This document shows, one piece after another, positions 41,036-55,335 of a stretch of 64,000 nt of DNA (position 1 is its first letter; the number at the start of each line of letters is the position of its first letter). Position numbers and translations under genes: made by a program. Source of the stretch: Callorhinchus milii (lineage: Eukaryota); NCBI RefSeq assembly GCF_018977255.1, contig NW_024704742.1:108254001-108318000 (forward strand), read 5' to 3'. Under the pieces are notes generated by a model. That model saw nothing but the letters and a program-made list of their open reading frames with translations, was not told the origin of the DNA and did no database searches.

Positions 41036-44000
41036 ACAATCTAAGAAAAAGGGATTAAAAATATAAAAATTAAAACATCCCCATGAAAATTACAATTATT
41101 TTGTGTAGCAAAATACATTTTTACACAATATGAAGTGGATGCCATTAATTTTCAAACCTTAATTAACAAGCCTTGCACGCAAAACAGGATCCACATTTAA
41201 AAATGACTAATCAGTTGAAAAATTTACCATTAAAGTTTTTTGTCTACTCCTTAATGTGGTTAACCTCAAGTGACAAGAAAATTAGTCTATATGTACATGA
41301 AAAATGCGTGAAGAAGTCCCACTTGGCAGAAACTGTTAAGAAACAAGGTGACACTATTAAATCGCAAATGAGAACAGCCTATTGAATAAAAATAGGACAT
41401 ACTGATTATAGGAGAGATGACAGAACATTTTATTTAAGAAAAGTGCATTAAATAACATTGCAATTTCCCTCCCACAAAATCATTAAATAAATTAATTTGT
41501 ATAATTATGGTCAGAAGCTTTTCCTTTATTATGGTTGAAAATCATGTTAACAAAAAAAACAGTCTAAGCAGCCACCTGGTGGAATTCTATGAAATTTCAA
41601 CAAGACAATGGGGTTTATCTTGCATTGACTGAGTAAAATTAAATTTTCCCAGAATTAATACGGGCTAATTAGCAAACTGATCATGCAACGCATATCAGAA
41701 AGCATGTCCAGTAGATTAAAGATTCATTGGATCTAAATTAAACTTCAGCAGCTAGTGAAAGACAAGTAGTAATAATAATCCTAAATACGATGCAAAGAAC
41801 AACATAATTTTCATTTTTAATGCCTTATAACATCAAAATATCTCAAAAAGATTCACACAAAATTACTGTCAAATGTAGCACTGCATTTATAGGCAAATAC
41901 AGCAGTCATTTGTACCAGCAAGACCCCACAAACAGCCTTGTGAATGACCAAATATTCTGGAGGACTGCTGGTTAGAAAACTGGGAAGTAACTCTTTTCAA
42001 GCAATATCATGGGATCATTGATGTCTACCGAACAAGTAGACAAGCTTAAGTGCTATTTAAATTATATAAATGAGGAAATACAGCTGTGGAGAATTAGAAT
42101 GCAAACTGACACAAAGGAAAGCTAGCTTTAGCAACAACAGTGACATAATTCCTAATAGATGTGGTAATGGAGAGAAGCCAAAGCTTCGTGGGCAGGGGAT
42201 GGTTGTGGTGGCCAGCAGAGTAAGGAGTAAACGCTGTGGAGAACACATGCCGGACATCCAGATGAAGCTTTACAAGTTCAACGTGTTATCATTCTTTAAT
42301 CTTTTCCAATGGTTATATAATGACATGACAAATACATTTCAACACTGCAGAGCATTTAAAGTAGCAATTTAAAAATGACAAATACATGATGGCCAGCAGG
42401 ATTTTTCCAAAAATATTAATGCCTTGTGTTAATTATCACATACTGATTTTTCCGACAAGTCCATTACTTGTTAATATTTCAGATGACTACAACATATGGA
42501 GGACTGTTGGGGAAACTCCTTTCTCTATTTGAATATGGTGTAGTCCTGAAATATCAGCAAGTAATGGCCCTGGGAGAAACAAATGTGATTTGATAATATG
42601 ATATTTATTATAAGGGCAGAGAATGCAGTCTCTGCAATGTCAGAGTTTGGAATAGAACACTCAACCCCTTTCCCTTACCCCTTTTTCAGGGAAAAAGTTT
42701 TTGCCGAGTCCCTAAACTTTTAATATTAGCTACATTATTTTTTCTTCAGTGAGCAAGTTTCCCACCAATATTCCCAGTTATGTGAGCTGTGATTGAATAC
42801 TACTTCACCAGATAATGGATTAAAATTAAAGATATGTTTTAATACCATTTTTTGTCCTAATGATAATCATCACATAACCGTCTTGTTTCCCCCTTCATGT
42901 GATCTTGTTTAAACTTAAGCTTTCTTTCATCTCTCACAATGTACACACAAAAGACATGTGTATAATAATACACAAAGGACAGGAGGGGTACCACCAGAGC
43001 TGACCCATTCTGAGAATAAACTGATGGGAGATCTTGAGGTACAGCTGAGTTAAAGTCACATAACAAAGTCCTTGTCAGAGATATAAATTATGTCCTCTTT
43101 CTCTTTGTGACTAGGGCACCCTCTGCCATCAGGTAGCCATTGAGGCTGCATTCGGACTAAAATGGCCACTTGTCACATCCAGTCAGCCCTCCACTTATGC
43201 CTCGCTCTCCTTTTATTGGGAGATTATCTTTTAATTAATCTACACATCAAAAAATAAGCAGATATGCTATCAAAAGTGTGAAAGCATGAAAATAGTGCAG
43301 ACATTACATGTACACAGGCACGGAAAATATAAGTAAATAACAATATTTTTAATTAAAATACAATTTTAGTAGTTTGATTATAAATGTGACATCTGTCAAA
43401 TCCTAGAAAGGATTTTATCATTTGAATAGTTTGATGTCTTTGGCTAAAATTGAAAGCAACATTTTAATCTTTTTTCTAGTAAACAAATGCAATTTCCTTA
43501 ATAATTTTAAAAAAATAAGATATTGGCCGATAGCAAGATCGCCCTGCGGGATATTTGGATCTAGAGGGTTGTCATCCATGTACATTCTTAACAAGTCTTT
43601 TTTGAAGATTCAAAGTCCTCAAGTATAAATCTCAATTCCCAAGCTATGTCATGTAGCACACAGCCAAGCTAACATTATTTTAGCAGTTTTTAATTGTGCA
43701 CATTGCAGATTGCCTCCCAATCAATTTTTTAAATTTCTGCTTCAATATCACAGACATCCTCTATTACAACTTTTGTTGATGCATCATCCTCGTTTTAACA
43801 TCTTTTAGATCTGTCTCAGCATTTATCATGGGGGTCTTAAGCCACATAGTTAATGCACAGAAAAATCTCTCAAAATCCATCACTGATGGGCATGGTCCTG
43901 AAACTGTCTGATATGACTTGTACATTTATATAATATTAATCTTTTTGATGTCAAAAACAAGTGCAGTGATGGCCAGAGATCATTAAAAATGATCCTTGTA

Positions 44001-47000
44001 TTTGATAAAACACATTATGATCAACGCCAGAAAATTTCAAAGTGCTTTACAAGAAATTGCTGTAAAGACCATGACTGAAAAGTTGCAGTCAAAGCTGTAG
44101 TCGACTCCTTGGACTCTTAATAACTTGGAAACTTGAAAGAAGCTTTGCTGCTGACTTGAATCAGACAGAATTAATTGTGAAGCTCTTCGGCCTAAAGCAG
44201 TAGTGACTTTAGCCAAAATTTACAATGTATTGTATAAAGTCTCATTTAGGTGCCTAAAAGCTGTTTGCAGTGTACAAGTTACATTTGTGGTAACCATTAC
44301 AGCACATATATAGTGATAAATGTTGTAAAGTATGGCTGCGGCTTAGCTTTGTAATGATGCACACAAAATGTTTGCCAGATCAACTTCAGCAACTGAAGGC
44401 ATCAGTATCAGTCACTTTTAGGCATAACTCTCGATTTTGGTAGAAACTATGAACTAGGTACATTCTCGTCCTGGTAAACTGTCTACGTGGTATAACTACC
44501 ACTCATCACAATCAGATATCCAATATTAGCTATAAATCTACTACCATGGCATGATTGGTCCAAGGGACAATAAAGCACACAGATCACAAAAAACATGTCC
44601 TTTGGCCATTGTGAAAGTTATATACTCATGAGTGTTAAATTGTTACTCTCAGTGGAATGTGGTTTCACCTGCAAATCGTGCAGAGAAATGATGCTGAGCC
44701 AGTTTTTGCTCTTATTTAGCATTCGCGTTCACATCATTAAACCCAGAATTTGCAATAACCAGACAATGTTAACACAACAGTGGACATTGTCCAGAAATGT
44801 AATTTCTTAATAGAAGCAGTAATTACTTTAACAAATGTCAGCATCACAGCAGGTGTGTGAGAATGTAACATTTCCTAGTTATAAAATGGCTGAATAATGA
44901 AGTCTCCCAGCTGTGCTCTCTCATGAGCTGCTCTTAGTTCACAATCAAACTGAGTGTAATGGCTCACTTTGATGGCAAAACAGTCCAGCACTTTATGGCA
45001 TGAAGTTGTTCAAGCACCAGTTAACAACCTACAAAGGTAACATATTAATAAACATTTTGTACTTCCTAACCCCATTGGATTATAATATTTGAGGAATTTA
45101 AATGAACTCTATTCACCAATTTTAACTGCTAAAATTTCTGACAGGAAATTATGCAATGATACTTCCAGTGAGAGTTCTCAAGGAAGAAAGCAAACTGGGA
45201 CCTTTTTTAATGGTTCCCCACTTATCAACGATCAAAGTAAACACTCCTTGATAGTAGCCCTCAATTTGTCTAGTTCACAAAAATAGTTCTAAAGTGGCAT
45301 GAATTACAATACTTTGTACCATCCATCTAAAAGCACTAGGACATGTCAAAAAGCAATTTCTTTTAAGTCTCTTTGACATGTCAGAAAGCAATTTCTTTGA
45401 AGTTGTGCAAATTCTATTTGTCTTTTATCATGTAGAAACTACTACCCAGGGAAGAACAGCAGATATCAGTCAAATGGAATTGTACCTTCATCCATATCTC
45501 TTCATTGATCATTGGCTTATGTCCCATTGAACCTTGAACCGCTTTTATTCCAAGTAAGTTTTTAACAACAAATTTTGTGTTCTGGAATCAGCAAGATAAT
45601 CAACCATGAATTGGAAAAGATTTTAGTCCATCAAGTCTGTTCCATTACAGTATTTTATTACATCATGGCAAATGTTTTAATCTCATTACTTTTTTGTCTT
45701 CATAACCCTTAATATCGTTACTATCCAAGTATCTAACCATCTCCTTTTTAAGTATTCCAATCAATTCTGCATCTATGGTTCAAGGATAATGGATTCCATA
45801 TTTTCTCAATCCTGTGCATGAATGCTTTCTGATCTCACTTCATCTGGTTTAACTTCAATTTGATCCAGAATTTATCACATAGGTTTTAAATTGTTACAGC
45901 TTAATTATGCTTTAAAGAATTGCTTTGTCAGCTTCATCAATGGTTTCAGAACTCAGACAACTGTGAATGTATGAAGGACTCGATCTGAAGAATAATGGGA
46001 AATTGTTTTCAGCACCTTGGGACATCCTCCTGACGTGAAAGGCGCTATACAAATGTAATCTTGTTGTTGTTGAATAAGCATTCCTCAGACATATATAGGA
46101 ATCCCTTTTGTGATCCTGTGCCTTGTATTTGGATTTGTCCCACTGCTTCACCATACTCTCTCTGATTGTTCTACCTCATGTCCAAATAGTTCTCCTTCAT
46201 GGTTCCAAGCTCTTGAGCATGCAACAGAATGGTTTTCATCAATCCTTTTGCAAAGTCCAAAACCAAGCAGTGAGATGGGTTTGATGGTAAAAAGAGGAAT
46301 GAAGGGAGGGCTCAAGCCTAAACTCACCTGTCTCGCAGCTTTGTGGAGGCAGCATCGGCAGACAAGTCTCTTTGCCAAGTTCTCTCACATGAAGATCTGC
46401 ATTAAGCAGCTAATGTTGAGTAATACAGGACTACAGAATTGGATTTGGATCTCCAGAGCATTCAAGTGACCTCACAAATTGTTTTGTATAGGTTATTTCA
46501 CTACGTTAAAGTAGATGCCCATCAAATTGCAGATAAAGAAACTGAGGCTTGAGATGATTCAGCTGGAAGGCATTACCTGTAGGATGTTCTGGAGGGGTGA
46601 GATCAGATGACTGAAGGGACTTCTTCACCCAAACAAATCCCACCCGACCAAATCCCAGAATCATTTCTTTTTAAATGAGTAGTGTCCTGGCCTCAACCAC
46701 CCTTCCTGGCAACCTATTTCAGTTATTAATTACCCGCTGAGTAAAACAAAATCCTTCCTGGTGTCTGTCGTGAAGTTGAGCTGTTGTGTGATGGATGCAA
46801 TGAATCCACATTTCTATCAAGATCTTTGAGATGTCTCGAAGACGTGATAAAGCGCTATATCAAATGAAACGATTATTATTATTATATTATCAACAGGCTC
46901 AATGGGCTGAACGATTTTCTTCTGCCCCTATGTCCTAACAACTTTGTATCAAAAAACACTTTTTTTAATGATGGGAGCAATATTATGAAATTCTCTTATG

Positions 47001-47819
47001 ATCTAGAATCTATCTTATATTAAGAATTAACTACAATTTGCTTGAAACATGCAAAAGGTCATGGGAAAGCTATTGACTTTATGTTTCTTAACCCCTGCAC
47101 TTTCCTCCAATACAAATTCTCCAGGTCTTTCTGTTCTTGCCAACCACTAAGACGATTTTCATGAGTCTTTTATCCTTGTCATAGCTGACCGTGCCTTCAT
47201 CCTGTGTTATACCACTCCATATGCAAACCTAAAATCTGAATAAAATTTACAGAATACAATATTTTGTGTTTTCCCCTAAATATCATGAACAGAATGTTAA
47301 TCTATAAGGCTATTGAATATTGAGTTCTTAATATTGAATTCTTATTTCTGAATCTGGTGCTTCATTATTACAGAATATCCATGGAGAAATAGTGAAATAA
47401 TAATTCCGCAACCGAGGAAGATCTTTATCGGGTTCTTGTGACTTAAAATCATTGGTAAGTTTAGAGGTCATTCTCATGTGGTCAAAAGTTGGTATTGCAT
47501 TGTTAATATTGTGCTGTGTATCCTCTACTTATCAACGTAGAGTGGTATTCAGGCCATTAAATAATCAAGAGTAATAGCCACAGGATATTTAATTTGGAAA
47601 ACATTATGACATAACTATTGTATGCAGCCCAGCTGCTTACCTACTTAATACAATTATTGTAAGTCAGCCATATATCAGTCAGTGAAGCATCTTAAATCTC
47701 AACTATACTGAAATGAAATTTGAGGATGCCATTTCAGCTAAACAGCTTTCAACCACTACTCATGTGTGAATGCATCAGGAATGTGGAACAATTCATCTTT
47801 TGTTTGGTTTACAGCTTAC

Positions 47820-47934
47820 AGTGTGGCGTGCCTGTAGTCTCCATTGAAGGACTTGACACATTTCAATGAGCTGCAGTAGCTTAGCTCGTGAAATTGGTAC
47901 TTCTGATGCTTGACTTTCAGAGCTCAGCAAGGAT
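47820..47934 (-). CDS. Exon G (SLLSSESQASEVPISRAKLLQLIEMCQVLQWRLQARHT)
   Basis: ttctcaacag acceptor, ACT|gtaagc donor, 115 nt, phase 2 to 0. Confidence 0.88.
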
Positions 47935-47949
47935 CTGTTGAGAAGCCCA

Positions 47950-49170
47950 AACAATTTTTAGAAATTGATTTAATTGTCAAAATACATTTCTGCAGCAACC
48001 ACAACCTTATATCCATTTTCAATATTGAATGAAGAGGAATTACAAATTGTATTACTAGCCACTGGAAATTGACCATTTTGGAGCTCCCATTTGGAAGATA
48101 ACTGCTCATCTCTGTTTAGAGCATTCCCATTGAGGGATATATCAAAAGAATACACACATTCTTTATTGTCCGAACTGGGGAGATTGGCCTGAAACTTTAT
48201 GCCCAGAGGAATAGAGTACAAAAGTTGGGAAGCAATATATACAATACCTTGGTTAAACCACATGAGGAGTTCTATGTGCAATCTCATCACCATATTGCAT
48301 GAGGATATTGTAGCATTGGAGAGAGTACAGCATAATTTGGATACCAAAAAAGTTAGGGGAATTTACAATTGAGAACTCACAGGGCTACGATGGAATGCTT
48401 CTCAGAAAGTTGAGTGAACCGTTAGTGGAAGCTCTGTTGTGATTTTCCAAAGATCCTTTCTTCAAGAAAGGTACAAAAGGATAAGCCGTGAAACTGCAAG
48501 CTTAATCAATTGTGGGTAAACTTTTGGAGACAATATAAGGGATCAGGTTAATGATCACTTATATAGGTTTAAGTTAATCAGGGATAGTCTGCATGGATTT
48601 GTAAAGGGCAGCTTGTTTTTGATCAATAAATTCTTTGAAGCAGTAACTGAAAGTGCAGATAAAGGCATTGAGAATACAAAGACTTACAAAGAATGTACAG
48701 CAAGGAAACAGGCCACTCAACCCAACCAGTCCCCGATACCCTTCTCTTCCCCTCTGCCTCAGCTGAAGTTCTAGCTTTCTCTTGAATGCATCTACACTAT
48801 CTAATTTAGCCACTGCTTCAGGCAGCAAGTTCCACAATCCCTCTGCGTGAAGTAGTTCCTCCTAAATTCTCTTTCTGATCCCCTAGTCTCTATCTTTGAT
48901 AAAAAAGAATAAAATCCTTGCATTTGTTATTTTGTATTGCACCTTGCTATACCAAAGGTGTTTGGTAAGGTGTCACACGGAAGATTGGTGGGGAAACTCA
49001 GGGCACATTGAATAGAAGGAAATGTATCGATTTGGACAGAGATGAAAGGGTGCTTTTCCAGTTTTTCTACATATATTAATGACAGCAACTAATATATAGC
49101 GTCAAAATATAGTAAATAGTGTGGATGATGGCCAGAGACTGCAGAAAGACTTAAATAAATTAGAACAATA
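47950..49170. mobile_element. Cluster of old CR1 fragments in both orientations, between exons F and G
   Basis: DIVALERVQ remnant ~48300; gatagtctgcatggatttgtaaagggc ~48580; antisense WNLLPEAV (48574..48837); aaaggtgtttggtaaggtgtcacac ~48955. Confidence 0.7.
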
Positions 49171-49487
49171 TATTTTTGCAATTTTTAAAAGAAATTCTAG
49201 CCTTATGAAGGGCGTATTTTAAGCAAATGAATGAGGATCCCTGGGAGTTCTGGTCCCCACTGGTTAAACTGCCAATTTAGTACCAATTTGTTTGTACCAT
49301 TCTATTCTGAACTCTAAGCCACTAGAAATTGAATTTGAGGTGCCCAATCTTATTTTGAATAGAACTCATAGCTGATGAAGACAGATTATTTTCACTCCAT
49401 TAGTCTTGAGTTGGATTTGAACCCAAAGACAATGTACTAACACTACATTCCCCAAGACACAGACCTTTTCATACATTTTGCATTTAC

Positions 49488-49576
49488 CTGAATTGTTCAT
49501 TCAAAGATGCTAAAGCATTTTCTATTTCTAACATCTGAGCAGCTCTGGAACTCAATCCTTCTGCAAGAAGCAACAC
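49488..49576 (-). CDS. Exon F (VLLLAEGLSSRAAQMLEIENALASLNEQF-R)
   Basis: tag acceptor, CAG|gtaaat donor, 89 nt, phase 0 to 2; continues the heptad pattern of exon E. Confidence 0.9.
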
Positions 49577-50184
49577 CTATTTAAAATAATATATCGTTAG
49601 TCATTCTTACTAAACTGACAATAATAGGTAGAGACTAATTGTATCGCTAAACTTGTCAGGACGAGGAGAACAAATCTTAATCAGGTTCTACCCAATTTTG
49701 CACTTTACCTTCAACAAGGCACTGATATATTGCAGAGGGTTAACAGAAGGATAACAAGGATGATTAACAAGTTATTGAGAGTCACAGAGAAACCAGGGAG
49801 CAATGAGCCATGAGGTCTTGGCTGTTGCTGTTGTTAAGATCTCCTCACCTTCAGAGATTGAACCTGTATTGTTTGAGCTGTGAATCTGTGTGTCTATATT
49901 TGCTTGGCGGAGGGGGGCTGTGGGCTGCTGCAGTATTTGTTTTAAGACTGTAAATTCTGGCTTATCTAGTAATCCCTTGTTACTCATTCCTATAACACAA
50001 GCGATCACTTTCACTTTTCATCTCTGCACAGCCTTCAGGGCCTGGGCAGCCCCCTTATGTTGCAGTAACCTGTACAATATGGAGCTTCAGATGCAGCCAT
50101 ACCGGCTATTACAGCTTCAGCATGACTTCTGCTGCATCTCAACTTATTTAGCAATATACCCAGCATCCTGTTTGCTTTGTTTAT

Positions 50185-50875
50185 TGTCACCCAACATCCA
50201 TGCCATAACCAGTTCTGCCATCCCCCACCTCCGCAACATCGATCGGCTCCACCACAGCCGCTCGCTCAGGACACCAAAACCCTCATCCACTTGTTACATT
50301 TAGGCTTGACTGCGCCAACTCCATTTGTCGGGTCTTCCAAACTCTTCCCTCCACAAGCTGCAAATTGTTCAGAACCCTGCAGCTCGTGTTCTCTTCCGTA
50401 CCAGACTCCCTGACCTTATCGTCCCCACCCTCGTCCATGGCTCCACTGGCTCCCCATCTCCCAAAGGATAGAATTCAAAATCTTCGTCCTCACCTTCAAG
50501 GCCCATCACAGCCTTGCTCCTTTCTACCTCGATCACCTGCTAACCCTATATCAACCTGACTGCTCCCTCTGCTCAGCAGGCTCTGGCCTGCTCCACGTCC
50601 TCCAATATCGACGATCGGGCTTTCAACCTCTCTGCCACCACACTTTGGAACCATACTGCCATCCCACAGTCCCTTTGCCTTTCTCCCTCCCTTGCTTCCT
50701 TCAAGACACATCTTAAGACCTTCCTCTTCGACCGTGCCTTCAGCCACAATCCTACCCTTACCCTCCACCTCCCCGATCCCAACCCCAGCTCGGGTTGAAA
50801 TCCCTGACTATCCAGCATCTTGGGACATCTTTCCGACGTGAAAGGTGCTATTCAAATGTAATTTGTTGTTGTTTT
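50185..50875 (+). mobile_element. 5'-truncated L2 with tail
   Basis: HLRNI, LHWLP and RIEFKI remnants; ends aaatgtaatttgttgttgtt. Confidence 0.9.
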
Positions 50876-51854
50876 GGGCTATGGTGAGCAATAAGTCAAC
50901 TAATACTCCTAGATCTCTTTCAGCTTCCTCTTTAGCAAATTCTATCTCAGTCATGCCTCATATTTTTACTGGCGGTTTCCAAAGGAGTCTCTCATGTGGT
51001 ACTTCATCAATGGCTTTTTGGAGGTCCAGGCACCCTTTCACTTACACATTGGTTTTCCATTGTCAATTTGAGAATTCTTCCCATCAAAAAAATCTGAAGT
51101 AGATCAGGGATGACATTTGTTAGGCTACATTTATACAGGTACTCTGTTGTTTTGCTTCTGATAATTGAGGTTCCTTAGGTAAAATGAGGCATATGAACTA
51201 CTGATTTAATGATCAGTTTAATGATCAGTTCACTTACATCAAATGTTCTGCACATCCTTTCTTTAATATTCAATAATAACAAAGGACATAATAACATTTT
51301 TCTAATGGTTCAATTGACTAGTTGCTTGCATACATTTTACATACTACTTTCAGGAAATCATATTTTCTCAGCGACAAAGTAATTAATGATTCACACTAAA
51401 CTTAAAAAAAGGAAACATTAATTTATTTCACATACTCTATAAATCTAATATACTAATATAAATTCTGATATTATTTTTAAAATCTCCAATGTAAATCCTT
51501 CTAATCTAAATCATACCAGTATAATAGCTCAGTTTTTCAAACCCTATTCGCAAATGACTTTAGTTTCCATGTCTACAGTGTAAACTCTTAATCAGATTAG
51601 GACCACTATAAATATCACGTATATCCTGCAGTAGTTTGTACTTAAATCAGATTTTTGCACATAATTGCTATATAGCATAGCATTAGAAATATCTTAAAAT
51701 GCATCCAAGCTCCAGCAAACAGTATGAAATTGTTTTTTCTGCAATGCACATGAATATTGTATTAAAATTATACAAAAGTCCAGAAACCAATTGTAAGATA
51801 CAAATTACCCTAGAGCTAGTTATGAGATTTTATCCATTTCTCCCCGTTTACATT

Positions 51855-52255
51855 ACAATCTTACATTTACATAGCACCTTTCACATTGGGAGTATGCTCC
51901 AAGGCACAAAACAATCGTGGCTTGGTAACCGAGCTGTGGGTTGGGAGGCGAAAGTTGTGGGGAGGGAGAAGATGGCCAAAAGCATGGTTAAACAGGTCTT
52001 GAGATGGTCGTTGAAAGAGGTGAGGGATGGAGCGAATTGGAGGGACTCCGAGATGGAGTTCCAGAGTGGGTCAGATAGGCTAAAAGCCCAACCGATGATG
52101 GTGGGAAGAGTGGGGGACATGAAACAGTCTAGTGCCTGCTGAGCGAAGGGAGTGGCTGGGTTGGTACCTATTGAGGGAGGTTGCAGAGGTAGAGTGGAGA
52201 GAGACCACGGAAGGATTTAAAGGTGAGGATGAGGATCTTGAGCTCAAACTCCCCC
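51855..52255 (-). mobile_element. L2 3' fragment
   Basis: ORF 51881..52120 (PTIIGWAFS..PLWNSI..HLKT). Confidence 0.85.
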
Positions 52256-52361
52256 TGTTTGTGAAGAGGTCAAATGGTAAGCAGAGAAACAGAAACAAAG
52301 ATCTGCCCCAAAGAAAGAAACCAATCATAACCATTTTATTCTCTTAAAATAAATGATTTAC

Positions 52362-52461
52362 CTGTCTCTCCAGCTGCAATACTTGCGCCTTCAGCAGAGT
52401 TACACGTCTTTCATCATAATGATGATACTTCCCTTCTTCAAGGAGTTGCTGATATTGATAC
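52362..52461 (-). CDS. Exon E (YQYQQLLEEGKYHHYDERRVTLLKAQVLQLERQ)
   Basis: aag acceptor, CAG|gtaaat donor, 100 nt, phase 2 to 0. Confidence 0.9.
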
Positions 52462-52675
52462 CTTTCAAGTAAAAGATAAACAATTAATTTTTAAGTGAAT
52501 GTGGATAATTTTGTTTATAACAGAACTTTTTGTTTTTTTGGTGGGAAGGTGTGGGAAGAAAAGAAACAACATGATCCAAAGATACCCTGGAATAAATTGG
52601 AACCACTTTTGAAATTGTCAAAACCACTATTGGGCAAATAACAAACATTCATTCAAAACATCTCTAAGCCATTAC

Positions 52676-52725
52676 CTTAAATCTTCCAGTTCACATTTTA
52701 GCTGCAAGTTCTCTTCTTTCAGTTT
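52676..52725 (-). CDS. Exon D (KLKEENLQLKCELEDL-R), coiled-coil-like
   Basis: ttctag acceptor, AAG|gtaatg donor, 50 nt. Phase 0 to 2 exactly bridges exons C and E. Confidence 0.88.
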
Positions 52726-52849
52726 CTAGAATTGGAGCAAAGGCAAACCTTACATTTTAATTACAATAATTACATCAGGAAATCCCATCCCATCTAGTCA
52801 GTTGCAAATGCCCTGTGGGGTGCAATCAATATATTTCTATACACTATTC

Positions 52850-53097
52850 ATTCATGCCTGTTCAAGTGGACGTTAAAGATCCCATGGCACTATTCAAAAA
52901 GGGAAGGGAGTTTCTCCTGCTATCGTAGCCAACAATTCCCAAGATAAAATTAGTGGAACAATGCTGTGCACCAATTGACTGCCACATTTGCCTAGAAAAG
53001 GCACAGCCATTACATTTCACAAATTCTGTGAAATGCTTTGAGGCGTCTTCCCAAAGTGAAAGGTAGTATATCAAATGCAAAGATTATTATTGTTATT
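52850..53097 (+). mobile_element. Deu-SINE core and tail
   Basis: gtggacgttaaagatcccatggcactattc; tail atatcaaatgcaaagattattatt. Confidence 0.8.
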
Positions 53098-53471
53098 AAT
53101 AGTAGCACTATTATCTTCCCAAATATTTTTGTATGAGAATGTTGCCTTTACAGAGCACCTCCACACCCAAAAAATCAATTTACTTGACCAAAAAATCAAA
53201 TATGGCTAGTGGATGGATTGGAGTCTAGATTATATTTATCAAATGTGAGCTAAAAAGGCAACCATAAAGCCTTTTTAAGCATATAAATGTATCCCATTTT
53301 GCTACAATAGGGAATAACAAGGGGAAATAGATAAACTGAGATATGAATATTAACCTGAATATTAGGCAAAACATAAATAATCGCAAAATAAAAATTATCC
53401 CAACATGTCAAGTTAGTTTATGTGGCGTCATGAATTAATTTCATCATGTTACTTCAGACGTTTTCACATAC

Positions 53472-53597
53472 CTGTGTCTCTCTCTCTGCTTCTGTAGACT
53501 TTCTGTATTGATCACCTTTCAGAAACGATTTGCTGGAGCAGCTAGAACTCATTGAAAGCCGACTCCCTGCAAGTTGTTTTGGTAAATGGTTTCCCAC
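53472..53597 (-). CDS. Exon C (VGNHLPKQLAGSRLSMSSSCSSKSFLKGDQYRKSTEAERETQ)
   Basis: ttttag acceptor, CAG|gtatgt donor, 126 nt. Only the phase-0 frame is open, and it matches exon D. Confidence 0.85.
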
Positions 53598-53850
53598 CTA
53601 AAATGTAGATTTAAATAATAAATTATCATCAATTAAAACCATAGAGATCTTAGAAAGCTGAAACACTATTTCAGTCTTTATGATTGTCATAATTACTGAA
53701 ATAGAGTTCATAACAGATAAACATTGCTACAGCAATATGTAGCTACATTCAGTTAACTTCTATTCCCAAAGTTTTTGACCAGCTTTAGAAAAATATAATT
53801 TGATTACCCTTTAAAACTCCAGTGCAATAGAATGGTAAAATCGTAAACAT

Positions 53851-54151
53851 TAATAATAATAATCCTTGCATTTGATATAGAGCTTTTCACATCTTCTAGA
53901 TGCTCAAGGTGTTTCACAGAAGATACTGTAAAGTATACACTTGTAGGCAAAACGCGGCAGCCAATTGCGCAAGCAGTGTCCCACAGACGTCATGCATTGA
54001 AGTGACCAATTCATTATTGGTTTCTTTTCTTGAGGGATTATTATCAGGCATTTGGAGTAAAGAAACTTGCCCAAGGTTTCACCCTGCCGGGAATCGAACC
54101 CAGGTCTCTCGCTTGCAAGGCGAGTGCTCTAACCACTGACTATAAGATTCC
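53851..54151 (-). mobile_element. tRNA-Ala-headed SINE, short variant
   Basis: Reverse complement of the 20151 copy. Confidence 0.9.
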
Positions 54152-55014
54152 CATTACAGTATAGAGACTGTCCATTCAGCCCATCAAGCCAGAGCAACAA
54201 TAACAACTTGCATTTGTTATTTGCAGGGGGAGAGGGAGGCGACCGTAAGCACAATCAAAAAGGAAGGTCTTTAGGTGGGATTCGAAAGTGGGGTGGGAGG
54301 GGGCAAGGGGGGGGGGAGGGATTTTGGTAGAGAGTTCCAGAGTTCGGGGTGTAGTGACTGAAGGCACAGCCACCGAGCAGGTACTAGTTTATCCATTGGA
54401 GGTAACAATTCTAATCCCAATTCTTTGTAACAGTTGCTTCCAATCATGGAAACATAACTGAATTGCTTCCAGAATTGAATTTTCAATGTTTCTTGATAGA
54501 TTCAACAAAATAATTACCACAGCAATGTGAAATTTTACACATGAACCACAAGATTGGTTGGGGTGAAGAATCCTATCTGATCTCATCCCTCTAGAAAAAA
54601 TCACCCTACCATCCTCCCTCCCATCATACCATCCAAGCTGCTTTTCAAATGAGTCCAATGTCCTGACCTCAAGCTTCCACCACTCTTCTAGGCAACCTGT
54701 TCTAATTGTTAATTACAACACTGACTACAGTAACCATTAAAATATACTTGAAGTACTGTATTTTTAAAAAATTGTCAAAAAAACAAATTTTACCTTTATT
54801 TAAAAATTCAAAATAACACAGGCTAGCAGCTGAAATGGTCCAGTTCTAAACTATCACCCAAGAGGTTGTGGGGCTCAATCCTATAACAACTACTCAAACT
54901 TGCCAATGTTATAGTTTAGCAAGTTCTTCAGATGTTTAGATAGAGCGCTACATGAAAACTAACAGTTTCAATATAATCTAATCGAATTACAACTTCAACT
55001 AGCTGGTTATCAAG

Positions 55015-55335
55015 AAGCGGAGTCTCCTTGCAGCTGAACTAGCTCCAAGGTGACATATTTGCAGTGGAATGTCAGAATCAAGCTCACCCTGTGTGGCGGT
55101 CTGGGTAGTCCAGTTCTGACTCAGGGGGGTCTTGCCAACCTATGTCAAATACTTTACGGAATTAAGTAAGCAGGATGCATCCTTCCAGGGAGAGAGTGTG
55201 CATCCATTCCAATAAATATCTCTGGAATTCCATTAATAGGCGGGATGCATGGAACTCTGTTTGATTTGGCTACTAACTGCTGTTCTAGTGAAGGGGAATG
55301 AGAATCAATTAATGTGTCAGACAATCAGCTGACCT
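55015..55335 (+). repeat. Unclassified structured repeat, copy 2 (internally deleted)
   Basis: Matches both the 5' part (gtctccttg...ccaaggtgacat) and the 3' part of copy 3; ends tgtcagaca...gctgaccta like copy 1. Confidence 0.8.
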
